The notes beneath the pieces were generated by a model, which was not told the DNA's origin, did not search any database, and was given only the letters and a program-made list of their open reading frames with translations. A DNA stretch of 64,000 nucleotides, from NCBI GenBank assembly GCA_026770705.1, contig JANJGN010000005.1, positions 124,310,001-124,374,000 on the forward strand. The letters are read 5' to 3'. This stretch comes from Isurus oxyrinchus. Its lineage: Eukaryota. Positions 23,830 through 36,169 of the stretch are shown one piece after another; the stretch's first letter is position 1, and every line of letters begins with the position of its first letter. A program made the position numbers and the translations under genes.

Positions 23830-24810
23830 GAAAGGAAAAGTTGCGGTGATAAAGCACATTTCACAACCTCAAGATGTCTTAAGATGCCTCAATTAAGCGA
23901 ATTAAGTACGTTTTGAAGTGTCGTCACTATTACAATGTTGATAAATTTGGCAGCAAATCTGTGGGCAAGTTCCAGAATTAAATAAATGATCAGCAACCCT
24001 TTTATCAATGAGGAAACTGGAGGAACAACACCTCATCTTCCGACTAGGCACCTTACAGCCTTCCGGACTGAATATTGAATTCAACAACTTTAGGTCGTGA
24101 GCTCCCTCCCCCATCCCCACCCCACCCCCTTTCTGTTTCCCCCTTCCTTTTTTTTCCCAATAAATTATAAAGATTTTCCTTTTCCCATCTATTTCCATTA
24201 TATAAAAAAAACACCCCCACTAGAGCTATACCTTGAGTGCCCTACCATCCATTCTTAATTAGCACATTCGTTTAGATAATATCACCTATGTGTTCTATTG
24301 TAGCATTGTCGTTGACATCTTTTGATGATCTGCTTCTATCACTGCTTGTTTGTCCATACAACCACACCCCTAACCCCCCACCACCCCCCCCAACCTCTCT
24401 CTCTCTCTCTCTCTCCGCCCACCACACACACACCTTAAACCAGCTTATATTTCAACTCTTTCTTGGACTTGAACTCAAGTTCTGTCGAAGGGTCATGAGG
24501 ACTCAAAACGTCAACTCTTTTCTTCTCCGCCGATGCTGCCAGACCTGCTGAGTTTTTCCAGGTAATTCTGTTTTTCTTTTATCAATGATGCTGATCAAGG
24601 GATAAATATTGGCCAGGACCCCTGGGAGATTTTCCATGCTCTTTTTCAAACAATGTCTTGAAATCTTAGTTCAATATCAAATAACGGCTTCTCAAACAGC
24701 ACAGCACCAATGCTCATACTGCAGTCAAGTTCAGTTTAAATTATGATCTCAGGCCTGTGGAGTAGAGCCTGAACATTCGACCTTCCGAATTGAGAGGCAG
24801 AGTGCTAGCA
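23830..24810 (-). mobile_element. DeuSINE split by a Penelope insertion
   Basis: Tail at 23830-24011. Deu-domain reverse complement (gggataaatattggccaggac…) and tRNA head at 24589-24810. Confidence 0.7.
24012..24575 (+). mobile_element. 5'-truncated Penelope-like insertion with a perfect 13-bp TSD
   Basis: CTTTTATCAATGA at 23999-24011 and 24576-24588. Begins with the ORF C-terminus RKLEEQHLIFRLGTLQPSGLNIEFNNFRS*; hammerhead remnant at 24478-24516. Confidence 0.88.
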
Positions 24811-25134
24811 CTAAGTCAAAGCTGAACAATATATTTGATTTATGACAGCTGCATACACCCTTAACACCATCATAAATTTGTATTTTACCAAAGTAAGATG
24901 GTATAATTACTGGATATAAGGGTATCTCATACTCTTATATGGAAATAAGGTTTATGAGTTATTGGACACACTACTTTTGAATCAACCTCAACTTTATGAA
25001 ATTTGGAGAATATATTTGCTCTGGTAGGAAAATAGTTACAATATGTACAATCTATGTTAGCATGATTCACATATGCAAATATTGGAAAAAAATGTTTCAA
25101 CAAGTATATGCCAACTATTGTTATATTAAGTCCA

Positions 25135-26370
25135 ATGCTCATTACAGTCTTGGTTCAAACATGGACAAAAGAGGTGAACTCCCGAGGTGAGGTGAAAGTG
25201 ACTGCCCTTGTCATCAAAACTGCATCTGATCAAGTGGGGCATCAAGGAGCCCTAGCAAAGCAAGGGTCAATGGGAATCAGGTGGAAAACTCTCCAGTGGT
25301 TGGAGTCATACCGAGCACAAAGGAAGATGGTTATGGATATTGGCGGTCAATCATCTCAGCTCCAGGACATCGCTGCAGGAGTTCCTCAAGGTAGTGTCCT
25401 CACCCCAACCATTCTCATCTGCTTCATCAATGATCTTCCTTCCACCATAAGGTATAAGGTAAGAAGTAGGAATGTTCGCTGATGATTGCACAATGTGCAG
25501 TGCCATTATCGACTCTTCAGATACTTAAGCAGTCTATGTCGAAATGCAGCAAGACCTGGACAGTATCCAGGCTTGGGCTGACAAGTGGCAAGTAACATTT
25601 GATCCACATAAGTGCCAGGCAATGACCATCTGCAACAAAAGAAAACCTAACCATCGCCCCTTGATGTTCAATGGCTTTACCATCACTGAATCCCCTACTA
25701 TCAACATCCTGGGGGGTTACCATTGACTAGAAACTGAACTGGATTTGCCATATGAATATATGGCTGCAAGAGCAAGTCACAGGCTTGGAATCCTGTGACG
25801 AGTAACTCACCTCCTGGCTCCCCAAAGCCTGTTCACCATCTACAAGGCCACAAGTCAGGAGTGTGATGGAATACTCCCCACTTGCCTGGATGAGTACAGC
25901 TCCCACAACATTCAAGAAACTTGACACCACCGAGGACAAAGCAGCCCACTTGATTGGCACCACATCCACAAACATTCATTCCCTCCACCACCGATGCACA
26001 GTAGCAGCAGTGTGTACCATCTACAAGATGCACTGCAGGATTTCACCAAGGCTCCTTCATAAGCACCTTCCAAACCCATGGTCACGACCATCTAGAAGAG
26101 TAAGGGCAGCAGATATTGGGAACACCACCACGTGGAAGTTCCCCTCCAAGCCACTCACCGTCCTGACTTGGAAATAAATCGCTGCTCCTTCACTGTCTGT
26201 GTCAAAATCCTGGAACTCCCTTCCTAACAGCACTGTGGGTATACCTGCACCACATGGACTGCGGCGGTTCAAGAAGGCAGCTCACCAGCATTTTCTCAAG
26301 GGCAACTAGGGATGGGCAATAAATGCTGGCCCAGCCAGTGAAGCCCACATCCCGTGAATGAATTTTTAAA
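25135..26370 (+). mobile_element. CR1-group LINE (family B), RT to 3' end
   Basis: GVPQGSVLTPTILICFINDLP, MFADDC, MQQDLDSIQAWADKWQVTF, VMEYSPLAW; 3' end gggcaataaatgctggcc…cccacatccc. Confidence 0.9.
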
Positions 26371-26864
26371 ATAAACATCTTATGCTACTTAAATCTAAAT
26401 TACTTAAGCCTCCTCTCCCAGTCTATCCTGTTCTATATACTACAGGTGCTGGGAGGTCCTAGCCACATGAGTTCTTGTTCACATTTGGATCAGGATTTAT
26501 TTCACTTTACACAATTGCACACAATGATTCACTGTGCATTAGTCTCAAGAGTTCAATGCAGCCTCGGATTATTTATGCCTATTTTGGCCACCTTTCCTTT
26601 AATACAAACATAAGCCTTGTCTTCACAAAAATTATTGAATAAAGCGAATGCAATCATTGAACCAGCATTAGAAAAGGGAGTATTACATTCGCTTCTTGAC
26701 TGCCACAACCTATTGCTTTTCAAATTAATTGATACCTCACACAAATTATTCAGAAGTTAGTTAGCAGTTGCATAGGAAAAGTACAGTAGTACCAAATACT
26801 GTAAGGATCATAGTATGTGTCAAACCCAGGTGGGAATTCACCCCCACCCCTTCGATCCTAACTG

Positions 26865-27880
26865 ACATAGGTCAGATGACCAAAAGCTAGATTAAAGAGG
26901 TAAATTTTAAGGAGTGTCTTAAAAGAGGAAAGTGAGGTAAAGAAGCAGAGAGATGTAGAGAATGAATTTCAGAGCTGAGGTCCTAGGCAGTTTGTAGCAC
27001 AGCCAACAATGGTGGAGTGATTAAAATTGTGAGTTCTCAAGGGGCCCTAATGAATGAGCGCAGGGTTGTATGACTGGGAAATGTTACAGAGAAAAGGACG
27101 GACAAGACTATGGAGGGATTTGGAAATAAGGATGAGAATTTTAAAATCAAGATTGATTGAGAGCCAATGTAGATCAGTGAGCACAGGGTTAATTGGTGAA
27201 CCAGACCTCGTGCAAGTTATGACACTGGCAGCAGAGTTTTGGACGATCTCAAGTTTACAGACAGTATAATTGTTTTCTTTATTCTTTCATGGGATGTGGA
27301 TGTCGCTGACAAGGCCAGCATTTGTTATCCATCCTTAATTGTTCTTCAACTGAGTGGCTTGTTTGGCTATTTCAGAGAACTGTTAAGAGTCGACCACATT
27401 GCTGTGGGTCTGGAATCTTATGCAGGCCAGACCAGGTAAGGACAGCAGGCTTCCTTCCCTAAAAGACATCAGAGAACCAGATGAGGTTTTATGACAATCT
27501 ATGATGGTTTCATGGTCACCATCACTGAGACCAGTTTTCAATTCCAGATTTATGAATTAAATTTAAATTCCACCAGTTGACATGATGAGATTTGAATCCC
27601 TGTGCCCACAGCATTAGTCTTTGATTACTAGTCCGGGTCTCTGGGTTATTAGCCCAGTGACATTACTACTACATCACTGTCTCTCCGAATTGGAAGACCA
27701 GCCAGGAGTTTGTTGGAATAGTCAAGTCTAGACGTAACAAAGGTGTGTCTCAGGGTTTCAGCAGGACATAAACTGAGACAAGGATTAAATCGGGTGATGT
27801 TACGTAGGTGGAAATATACAGTCTTAATGATGTCGCAAATATGTGGCTAGAAGTTCATCTCGGGGTCCAATATGATAACA
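26865..27880 (-). mobile_element. L2-type LINE 3' fragment interrupted by a SINE
   Basis: Reverse complement of the L2 at 8600-9200; continuity across the 27272-27687 insertion. Confidence 0.75.
27272..27687 (-). mobile_element. tRNA-derived SINE, same family as 6922-7248
   Basis: Shared blocks gtgggtctgga…ggccagaccaggtaaggac…ttccttccctaaa…gaaccagatg. Confidence 0.85.
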
Positions 27881-27904
27881 ATGTGGGAGACGATAATAAG
27901 GAAG

Positions 27905-28340
27905 AAAGAAAGGCAGACTTGCATTTATATAGTGCTTTTCACAACCACTGGATGTCTCAAAGTACTTTACAGCCAGTGAAGTGCTTTTGGAATGCAGTCA
28001 CTGTAGTAATGCAGGAAATGCAGCAGCCAATTTTGCACACAGCAAACGCCCAAAAATAACAATAGGATAATCTGTTTGTGTGATGTTGATTGAGGGATAA
28101 ACATTGGTCAGGGGATAACTTGCCTTTTCTTCAATATAGTGCTATGGGGTCTTTTACATTCACCAGATTAGGCAGATGGGGCCTCAGTTTAACATTTCAT
28201 GTGAAATATGGAATCTCTGACAGTGTAGCACACACTAAGTTCTGCACTGGAGTGTCAGCCTTGATTCTTCTGCTCAAATCCCACTTGAAACCAGAACCTT
28301 GGGATTAAGAGACAAGGATGCTACCAACTGAGTCACAGCT
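27905..28340 (-). mobile_element. DeuSINE copy
   Basis: Reverse complement of 21028-21470 (ggcagatggggcctcagtttaac…ctctgacagt…ctaccaactgagtcacag). Confidence 0.8.
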
Positions 28341-28915
28341 TTTAGTCTCAGACTGTTGCCAGGGAGAGGGATGGAGTCAGTAGTGAGGGAAAGAGTTGAA
28401 ATGAGGGATTCAAAAATAATGGCTTCAGTCTTCCCAATATTTAATTGGAGGAAATTTCTGCTCATCTAGTATTGAATGTCAGATATGGAACCTGAATTTA
28501 GCAACAGTAGAGGAGTTAAGAGGGGGGGAGATATTTGTTGAGAGGGCTGGAGGCGTTGAGAGGGGCGGAGGTGAGATACTGCTGGGCATTGTCAATGTAC
28601 ATGTGAAAATTACTGCTGTGCTTTAGTTGTTGTCGTTATCTAAAGGCACCGTGTGGACGAGGAATAGGACAAAGCCAAGGACAGATCCTTGAGGGGGTGC
28701 TCAGACTCCATGTGGGATCAGGAAGACAAGCTATTGTAAGTGATACTCTGGCTATGATTAGATAAATAGTAATGACAGGTGACAGTAGTCCCACACAGTT
28801 GGATGATAGTGGAGACATGAAAAAAGGATGGTGTCAAGGACTGTGTCAAAGACTGCCGACAGGTCGAGAAGGATGAGGATGGATAATTTACCTTTGTCAC
28901 AGTCACATGGGATAA
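28341..28915 (-). mobile_element. L2-type LINE RT fragment
   Basis: MSRNFLQLNIGKTEAIIF; CDCDKGKLSILILLDLSAVFDTV. Confidence 0.85.
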
Positions 28916-29834
28916 CATAATGTGATACTCCCTTTCCTAAAGTTGAGGAAGAAGAAAAGGGGAACATAAAGCGCCAACTAGAATATATTAAAATGAAACT
29001 CCTTTTGCAGAATATAAACAGATTTGTTGTTACTGGTTTCCATTTAATCCTGTTTGAATCTACTACACACATCTGCAGCAGAGCAAAGTTTGGCAATTTC
29101 TAGCTCACAAAATTTGAAGTTTGCCTTAGCTCTTGAACCCCATCAATGGCTTTGGGTTACAAGCTCATTATCCCTTTATTCCAGAAACATTAAAAATATG
29201 TAAAACCTCAACAAAAGCTCTTTTTTTTTTGAAAACTGTCTCATATCTAGCTAGTTTTTACTGTGGCATTGCTATTTAAAAACAAGCCACAAAAAACAGC
29301 TGGAGTAAAAATAACAAAGCTAATTACTCAAAATGAAAAAAAAAATCAGGTGACAGCCCTGAACACATGGAACATAGCTCAAACTTAATTCCATTAGAGA
29401 GACAGACTGCCTCCGCAGTCTTGAGTTTAGTTGCACTAAACAAGACATCATTTCATTTGCTGTGGTCTTCCTGCTAGCCTCGACATTCTTTCCCAGACAG
29501 AAACAATGCAGGCTGGTGCCCTGAGCACCATACACCCCCAGTTTCACATTTCTTTCAGGCCTAGAACCTGTTTGTTCTTTTCCTTTCACTTAACTGAATT
29601 TTAGCCTGAATCAGTCAGTCACTGCCATCTGGCAGATTCTTATTCCTTTAGCAGCTGATCAGCACCAAGAAACCAGACTGATGTTCTCACAAGGATCTGT
29701 GCACATACCATGGGCATTAATTGACATCAACAAATGGGGAAAAGAAGGTTAAATTACTGCAACAGAAATCATTGCAGTAACATATAAAGTTAGCTAGGCT
29801 TTTAATCTGAATTAGTAGCAACCACTGTAATCAT

Positions 29835-30050
29835 AAACAACACATGAAAGATGCACCATTGTGACTTGGAACTATATCATTCTTCTTCACTGTAGATGGG
29901 TCAAACTGCTGGAGCTCCTTTCTCAAAAGCACTGTTGGTGTACCTATATCAGATGGACTACAGCAGCTCACCACCACCTTCTCAAGAGCAATTAAGGATG
30001 GTCAACAAATGGTGGCCTTGCCAGCAGCACTCTCATCCCATAAAAGAATA
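29835..30050 (+). mobile_element. CR1-group LINE family B 3' end
   Basis: tgacttggaactatatc…gcagctcaccaccaccttctcaagagcaattaaggatgg, matching 26160-26370. Confidence 0.75.
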
Positions 30051-30329
30051 ACAAATAAGCACAGGAAGAGGCAATTAGTCCCTCATGCCTGTGTCAACTC
30101 TTTAAATAATCTAGCCAACTGGTTCCACTTCGCTGCTCTTTCCCCATTACCCTGCAATTTATTTCCTAATGAGATACAGGGGAAAAAGTGGGTGGACGTG
30201 GATAAAAAGGGCAAATATTGCAAAAGGAAACATGAAGGAATACAACAGGCAGATGACTATTCCATAAGCTATTCAAATAATTTTAGCTTTCTTCTCTCAT
30301 CCCTCTCTTCTGAAGACAGAAGTATTGTT

Positions 30330-30670
30330 CCACAAATATCAGTAGCCCTTGAGTATCCCCCTAATTCATGTGATGGCACAATATTCATGGGGGAATGAGG
30401 ACAGAGTTGTAAAGCTATTTGACACAAAGACATTACAAACTAGCTCAATCCTGTCCTTGTTCGACATTTGGTCATGCACACTTCTAGCCAGGTTCAGAAG
30501 GTAGCAATTAGGACGAGAAACCCTGGTAGTTCCCTACCCCTACCTTCACTCATCTGGAGATGCTGAGACCAATTGTAGTGCCTAACTGCAGTGCAATCTG
30601 TAGTCAATTACATGATTTAACGCAGCAAATTCTAAAGTTTCTTGGTCGATATGGCAATAGTACTAATATC
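30330..30670 (-). mobile_element. LF-SINE-like element
   Basis: Minus strand ggcactacaattggtctcagc…ccagggtttctcgtcctaattgcta…aggacaggattgagct resembles the recalled LF-SINE core (ccagggttcctgctcctgatcgcta…gaggacaggatcgggctc). Confidence 0.55.
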
Positions 30671-31224
30671 AGTGAATACATCAGACAAGTGTTTGAATTA
30701 AAGCGATCTAGAAACATTGCAGGCACATAGAGTTAGGACGACGACTCATGGAGGATAATGCCAACATGGTGTGATTGTGATGAGTGGTCTATTTCATGCT
30801 GTAACTTTCATGTAATTCTTTCTCTACATCCTTTAAAGGCAGCTTGAAGATACCAGGCAGCTTTCTCACACTCCAGTTCTACAGACTTGATGAATGGACA
30901 GAAAATAAGCTTTCCAGGCATAAGATTCTTGCAGTGACATTTGAGAGTTATGCACCTGACACATGGTCTGCTGAGCCTACTTTCAGAACCCAAATCCTCG
31001 CAACCTCAAAAACAGCTTATTTTCCCCTTGTTGACATTGCCCTAATCATATCATACATGCCTTTATCACCTCCAGGTCTGATTATCCCAGCGCTCATCTT
31101 ACTGGCCTCACTCCCTCTGCCTTCCATTAATTTTAACTTATGCAAAATTGTCCTACACCCATCTCTCCTTTCCTGGTTCAGTGACACTATTGGTGAAGCA
31201 CTTTGGAATGTTCTTTACAAAAGC

Positions 31225-31410
31225 AACGCAAAGCAAAAGCAAAATACTGCAGGTGCTGGAAATCTGAAATTGTAAAAGTAAAAATTGTACAATTACTCAG
31301 TAGGCCAGGCAGCACCTGTGGAGAGAGAAACAGAGTTAATATTTCAGGTTGATGCTCCTTCATCAGAATTGGAAAAAGGTAGAAATGTAATAGGTCTTAA
31401 GCAAGTTTCT
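31225..31410 (-). mobile_element. Penelope-like terminal fragment
   Basis: Same terminal sequence as 282-390 (reverse complement), including the hammerhead motif. Confidence 0.75.
31333..31370 (-). ncRNA. Minimal type-I hammerhead ribozyme motif with core nucleotides retained
   Basis: Minus strand AATT-CTGATGA-AGG-AGCATCAA-CCT-GAAA-TA-TT-AACTC: CUGAUGA and GAAA boxes, 3-bp stem II, palindromic AUAU stem III, short imperfect stem I. Confidence 0.55.
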
Positions 31411-32113
31411 TTTTAATACCTGCAGTCCATATGGTGTAGGTACACCCACAGTGGTGTTAGGGAAGGAGTTCCAGGATTCTGACCCAGCGACAATGAAGGA
31501 ATGGTGATATAGTTCCAAGTCAGGATAGTGTATGGTTTAGAAGGGAACTTGCGGGTAGTGGTGTTTCCATGTATCTGCTGCCCTTGTCTTGCTGGGTGGT
31601 AGAGGTCACAGATTTGGAAGATGCTGTCGAAGAAGCCTTGTTGAGTTGCTGCAGTGCATTTTGTATATGGTACACACTGCTGCCACAGTGTGTTGGTGGT
31701 AGAGGGAATGAAAGTTTAAGGTGGTGCATGGGGTGCTATTCAAGCGGGCTTCTTTGTCATGGATTGTGTTGTGCTTCTTGAGTGTTGCTGAAACCACACT
31801 CATCCAGGCAAGTGGAAAGTATTCCATCACACTCCGGACTTGTGCCTTGTAAATCATAGACAGGCTTTGGGGAGTAAAGAGGTGAGATGCTTCCCACAGA
31901 ATTGCCAGCCTCCGATGTGCTCTTGTAACTACAGTATTTATGTGGCTAGTCCAGTTGAGTTCCTGGTCAATAGTAACCCTCAGAGTGTTGATGGTGACAG
32001 ATTAAACAATGTTAGTCATTAAACGTCAAGGGGTGATGGTTAGATTCTCTCTTGTTGGAGATGATCATTGCCTGGCACTTAAGTGGCAAGTAACATTTGC
32101 GCCACATATCAGC

Positions 32114-33042
32114 TGTCAAGAAAACAAGAAATTGTAATATTTTTCTTCTGTTATTAACCCTGTCATATTTCTTATGTGCTGGAAGACAGGCTGATCGGAA
32201 ATTCTAAATATTGTAAATGGAGTAAGAGCCAGAGTGACTGCAAGAGCCTAAAGCCAACAGTAAGAAGTGGTTTTGGTGTGTTAATGAACCAAGAGGAACT
32301 TCAATCAGAGTTTTACATAAACAATAACAGGAGTAGCTTTGAATGAGTTGTTTTAGTTCAAAGGGGGATATATACAGGTTGTAAAACGTTGTAAGTAAAT
32401 AAAGTAAAAACAGGTTAAGCTTACTTTTTTAAAAAAAAGCCAAAGAGCTAAACTAAAGAAGAGTTTAATCAAGTCTAATCATTTTTAAAAAGACTGGTTG
32501 AGCCAATAGAGAGATTAAAGGAAAGGAACGCATTTGAGGAAATACTGAAGCCTATGTGAGGGGGTAGCTGTTTAGATCTCCCAGAAGACAGCAGGACAGC
32601 TGGTCAGAACTCCCAGAAGACAGTGTGAACAAGGCCTGGCCTGAAGACCCAGTTGTTTTCAGCCTCAGAGGATACCCCAAGAGAAAAAGCACAGTGTGGT
32701 AAAATTACTGGAATTCCACAGATTTTGAAATCTATAAGGATAGTTGCTGAACAGAAAAGGGGATGGTTAGCTCTGAGGACAGTTAAGATCTTGCAGAACT
32801 GTTTTAAAGTACTGTTTACTGTGTGAAGCCATTCTTGCGTTTAGTGTAATTGTGTTTTCTTTTTTCTTTATACTTTTTATAAACACTTACTCCACTATAA
32901 AATCATCACAAGTAGTCAGGGACATCATTTCCTGATTTCAGAACCTCTTCTCATACTATACAAATTGAGAAAACCGTTTTGACAGCTGTTTCAAATTTCC
33001 CTGTGGGATTTGGGCAGCTTGGCATTTAGCCATGCCATAACA
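32114..33042 (+). repeat. 5' LTR
   Basis: TGTCAAGAAAAC…GCCATAACA, direct repeat of 36170-37103. Followed by TGGGTGCTCTTTGTGGGAT (33047-33065), resembling the tRNA-Pro PBS TGGGGGCTCGTCCGGGAT. Confidence 0.93.
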
Positions 33043-33179
33043 AAATTGGGTGCTCTTTGTGGGATATTAAAAGAATAATTCCTTGATTGGCTTGGAATTG
33101 TGAATTTAAAGGCATTGAAGGTGAGAAGTATACTGAACCAGGAGTGGTACTGTGAGATTTTGAAGTGGGAGACTGCAAA

Positions 33180-35960
33180 ATGGCTTTAGAAGTTACTAAG
33201 GCTTGTCTGGGAGTAGAAGTTATAACCTTGGATAGTTTACAAAAGGTAACTAAAACTAAATTAATAGAATTGGCAGATAAGTTACAATTAGGATTACCTG
33301 CAGGGGTAAGGAAATCAGACATAACTGAAGTAATAGCACAGAATCTGAAATTGGAAGGGATTCCTGAAACCAGTGAGTCACAGCTGGAGGTAGTGAGACT
33401 TCAGTTACAAATGAAGAAGTTTGAACTTGAATAAGCAAAGGAACTGAAGAAACAAGAGCTGGAAGTAAAAGAAAAAGAAAAGAAATGAGAAAAGGCATTC
33501 CAAAGGGAACAAGCAGAAAGGCATGGACAGAAAGAAGACAGGAAAGGGAATTAGAAATGGTAAGGTTAGAAAAAGAGGAAAGAGAAAAAGAGAGAATTCC
33601 AGCTTAAAAAGCTGGCAGTTAAAACAGAGACACCAGAAGGTGAGGGAGGACTTATTTCCAGATCAAAACCCAGTGGGGAGATTTTTAAATTTGTACAAGC
33701 TCTTCAAAAGTTTGAGGAAAGAGATGTCGAAGCATTCTTTATTTCATTTGAGAAGGTAGCTAAACAGGTGAAATGGCCAAAAGAAATTTGGTCATTGCTA
33801 TTATAGTCTAGGTTGGTAGGTACAGCAAATGAGGTAGATGCATCAAGGTCAGAAGAAATATCTGGGGAATATGATGCTGTGAAGAAAGCTATTTTGAGAG
33901 CCAACAAGTTGGTTGCAGAGGCATACAGACAGAAATTTCTGTCTAGCTTGTAGTTACATGATCACAGACTCAAGTTGATAAAGGAGAAGGAGGAGTCTAG
34001 AAGTCAGGCAAAGAGACTGAAGTGCAATTGGCTGATACTATCTTTGATAAGATTGTTCAGGAAGAGAGAATGGATGAGAATGAAGCTGAAGTGTTTAGCT
34101 CAAGGAAATTGATAGAGTTACAGCAAAAATATCCAATAAAGCATTTGTACCATATAACTTATTCAGGAAACACACTCTTGGACTATGTAGCAAAGTTCAA
34201 GAAACGATTGAACAGAACATGTGAATTAGCTAAAGAGCATTTAAAATTATCACAGCAGGTGAAGAAAACAGAAGCAGATAGAAAGGCAAAGACTTTGTGG
34301 CTGGAAAAAGTGTTAGTTTTTTTTGCCAGAATTAGGAGAACGATTAAAAGCCAGTCTTAGTGGGCCTTATCGAAATGGAGAAGAAAATAAGTGAGATGAA
34401 TTATTTGGTAAGAACTCCAGATAGAAGAAAAAACCCAAAGGGTATGTCATATAAATATGCTCAAGAAGTACTTTGATAGGGAGGACAACCAAAAAGAAGA
34501 AGTATTCGTAGTGATGAATCAGGAAAAGGAAGTAGGGATGGAAGATTCTGAAATTGATTTTCCTCAAATTCGATTGGACAATGAGGAAGTGCTTAAAAAT
34601 TTGAATGAAATATTGAGTTACCTTCCAGATAAAAATTAAAGTGACTTTACAGAGTTATTGCAGTCACATAAAATACTGTGAGGATAAATTGGGAAAAACA
34701 AAGGTAGCTATACATGATGTAGATGTGGGGAATTCTGTTCCAATCCAGCAACATCTTTATAGGTTGAATCCAGTAAAATTATAAGTGCAAAAAGAAATTG
34801 AATTTACGCTGACATTATTGAGTTGAGCTGCACAATTGGAGTTCACCTATTGTAATGGTACCTAAGTCGGATGGAACACAAAAAGACTGAGTGGATTATC
34901 AAAAAGTGAAGGCAGCAACGAAAGCAGATTCATATCGTATTCCATGTTTGGAAGACTGCATTGAGAAAGTGTTAATTACAAAGGCTAACTTGCTGAAAAG
35001 ATATTGGCAAGTACTTCTATCGGAAAGGACGAAAGAGGTTTCAACTTTTGTAACACCAGAGGGGCTCCATCAATTCAAAGTTATGCTGTTTGGTATGAAA
35101 ATTACACCAGCAACCTTCTAGAGACTAAGGAATAAGGTTATCGCTTATTCTGAGCCACTGTGCTGCGTACATTGATGATTTGGTGGTATTCAGTCAAACA
35201 TGGGAGGAGCACTTACAGCATCTGGGAAAACTAATCGATCGTCTACAAGAAGTTAATTTAGTGGTGAATTTGGCTAAGAGTGAATTTGCAAAAGCACAGG
35301 TCACATAGTTAGGCCATACTATTGGACTTTGTAAGATGGCTCCATGGGATGTAAAAATAAAGGCGATTGATGAGTTCCCAGTGCCTTCAACAAAAAGGGA
35401 AGTTTTACAATTTCTGCGCATAAGTGCTTTTTACAGGAAGTTCGTGACAAACTTTAGCAGCGTGGTTGCCCCATTGACTGAACTCTTAAAAAAGGACCAA
35501 AAGTTCAACTGGACAAGAGAGTGCCAAAATGCATTAAAAAAAACCTGAAAACTGTGTTGACAACAGCACCAGTTTTAGTGATACCGGATTATGCCAAGCA
35601 GTTTAAATTGACTATTGATCAAGTGATGTGGGTATTGGTGCTGTAATGTTGCATGAAGACAAGGCGGACATTGAAAAGCTTGAGAAATATTTTTCAAATA
35701 AGTTAAATATTCATCAACAGAAATACTGCACGGTTGAGAAGGAAACACTGAGTTTGGTACTGGCATTGCAACATTTGAAATTTACGTTGCCAACAATTCA
35801 TCAGAAATAATTGTTTACACTGACCATAACCTGTTAAGATTTTCTTGAGTTTTGAAACCGGAATGCTAGACTGTTTAGATGCAGTCTATCATTTAACTGG
35901 CGAATTATACATGTAGCTGGACAAGAAAACCTAATTGTAGATGTATTACCAAGGGTTTAA
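33180..35960 (+). pseudogene. Disrupted gag-pol of the Gmr1-like element
   Basis: gag (FEERDVEAFFISFEKVAKQVKWPKEIW…AEAYRQKF); integrase tail with SGPY at 34359-34370; RT with YIDD at 35168-35179; RNase H (SDVGIGAV…YCTVEKETL…YTDH). Many stops and frameshifts. Confidence 0.9.
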
Positions 35961-36169
35961 GGTGTAAGGAAGATTGGACATGTGAAACCTGGGGAAAAAG
36001 GGGTGAAATGGATCCTATTTTTACTGAAACCTTGGGTATATTATCATGCTAATGCATGCATCTTATAATATAGTGTTTAGAGATAAGTAGTAATTGATAG
36101 GAAAGAGGTTGAGAAATGAAACTGCGTTTTTGAATTATGACGGTTCATTTTCTAATAAAAAGGGGGAGG

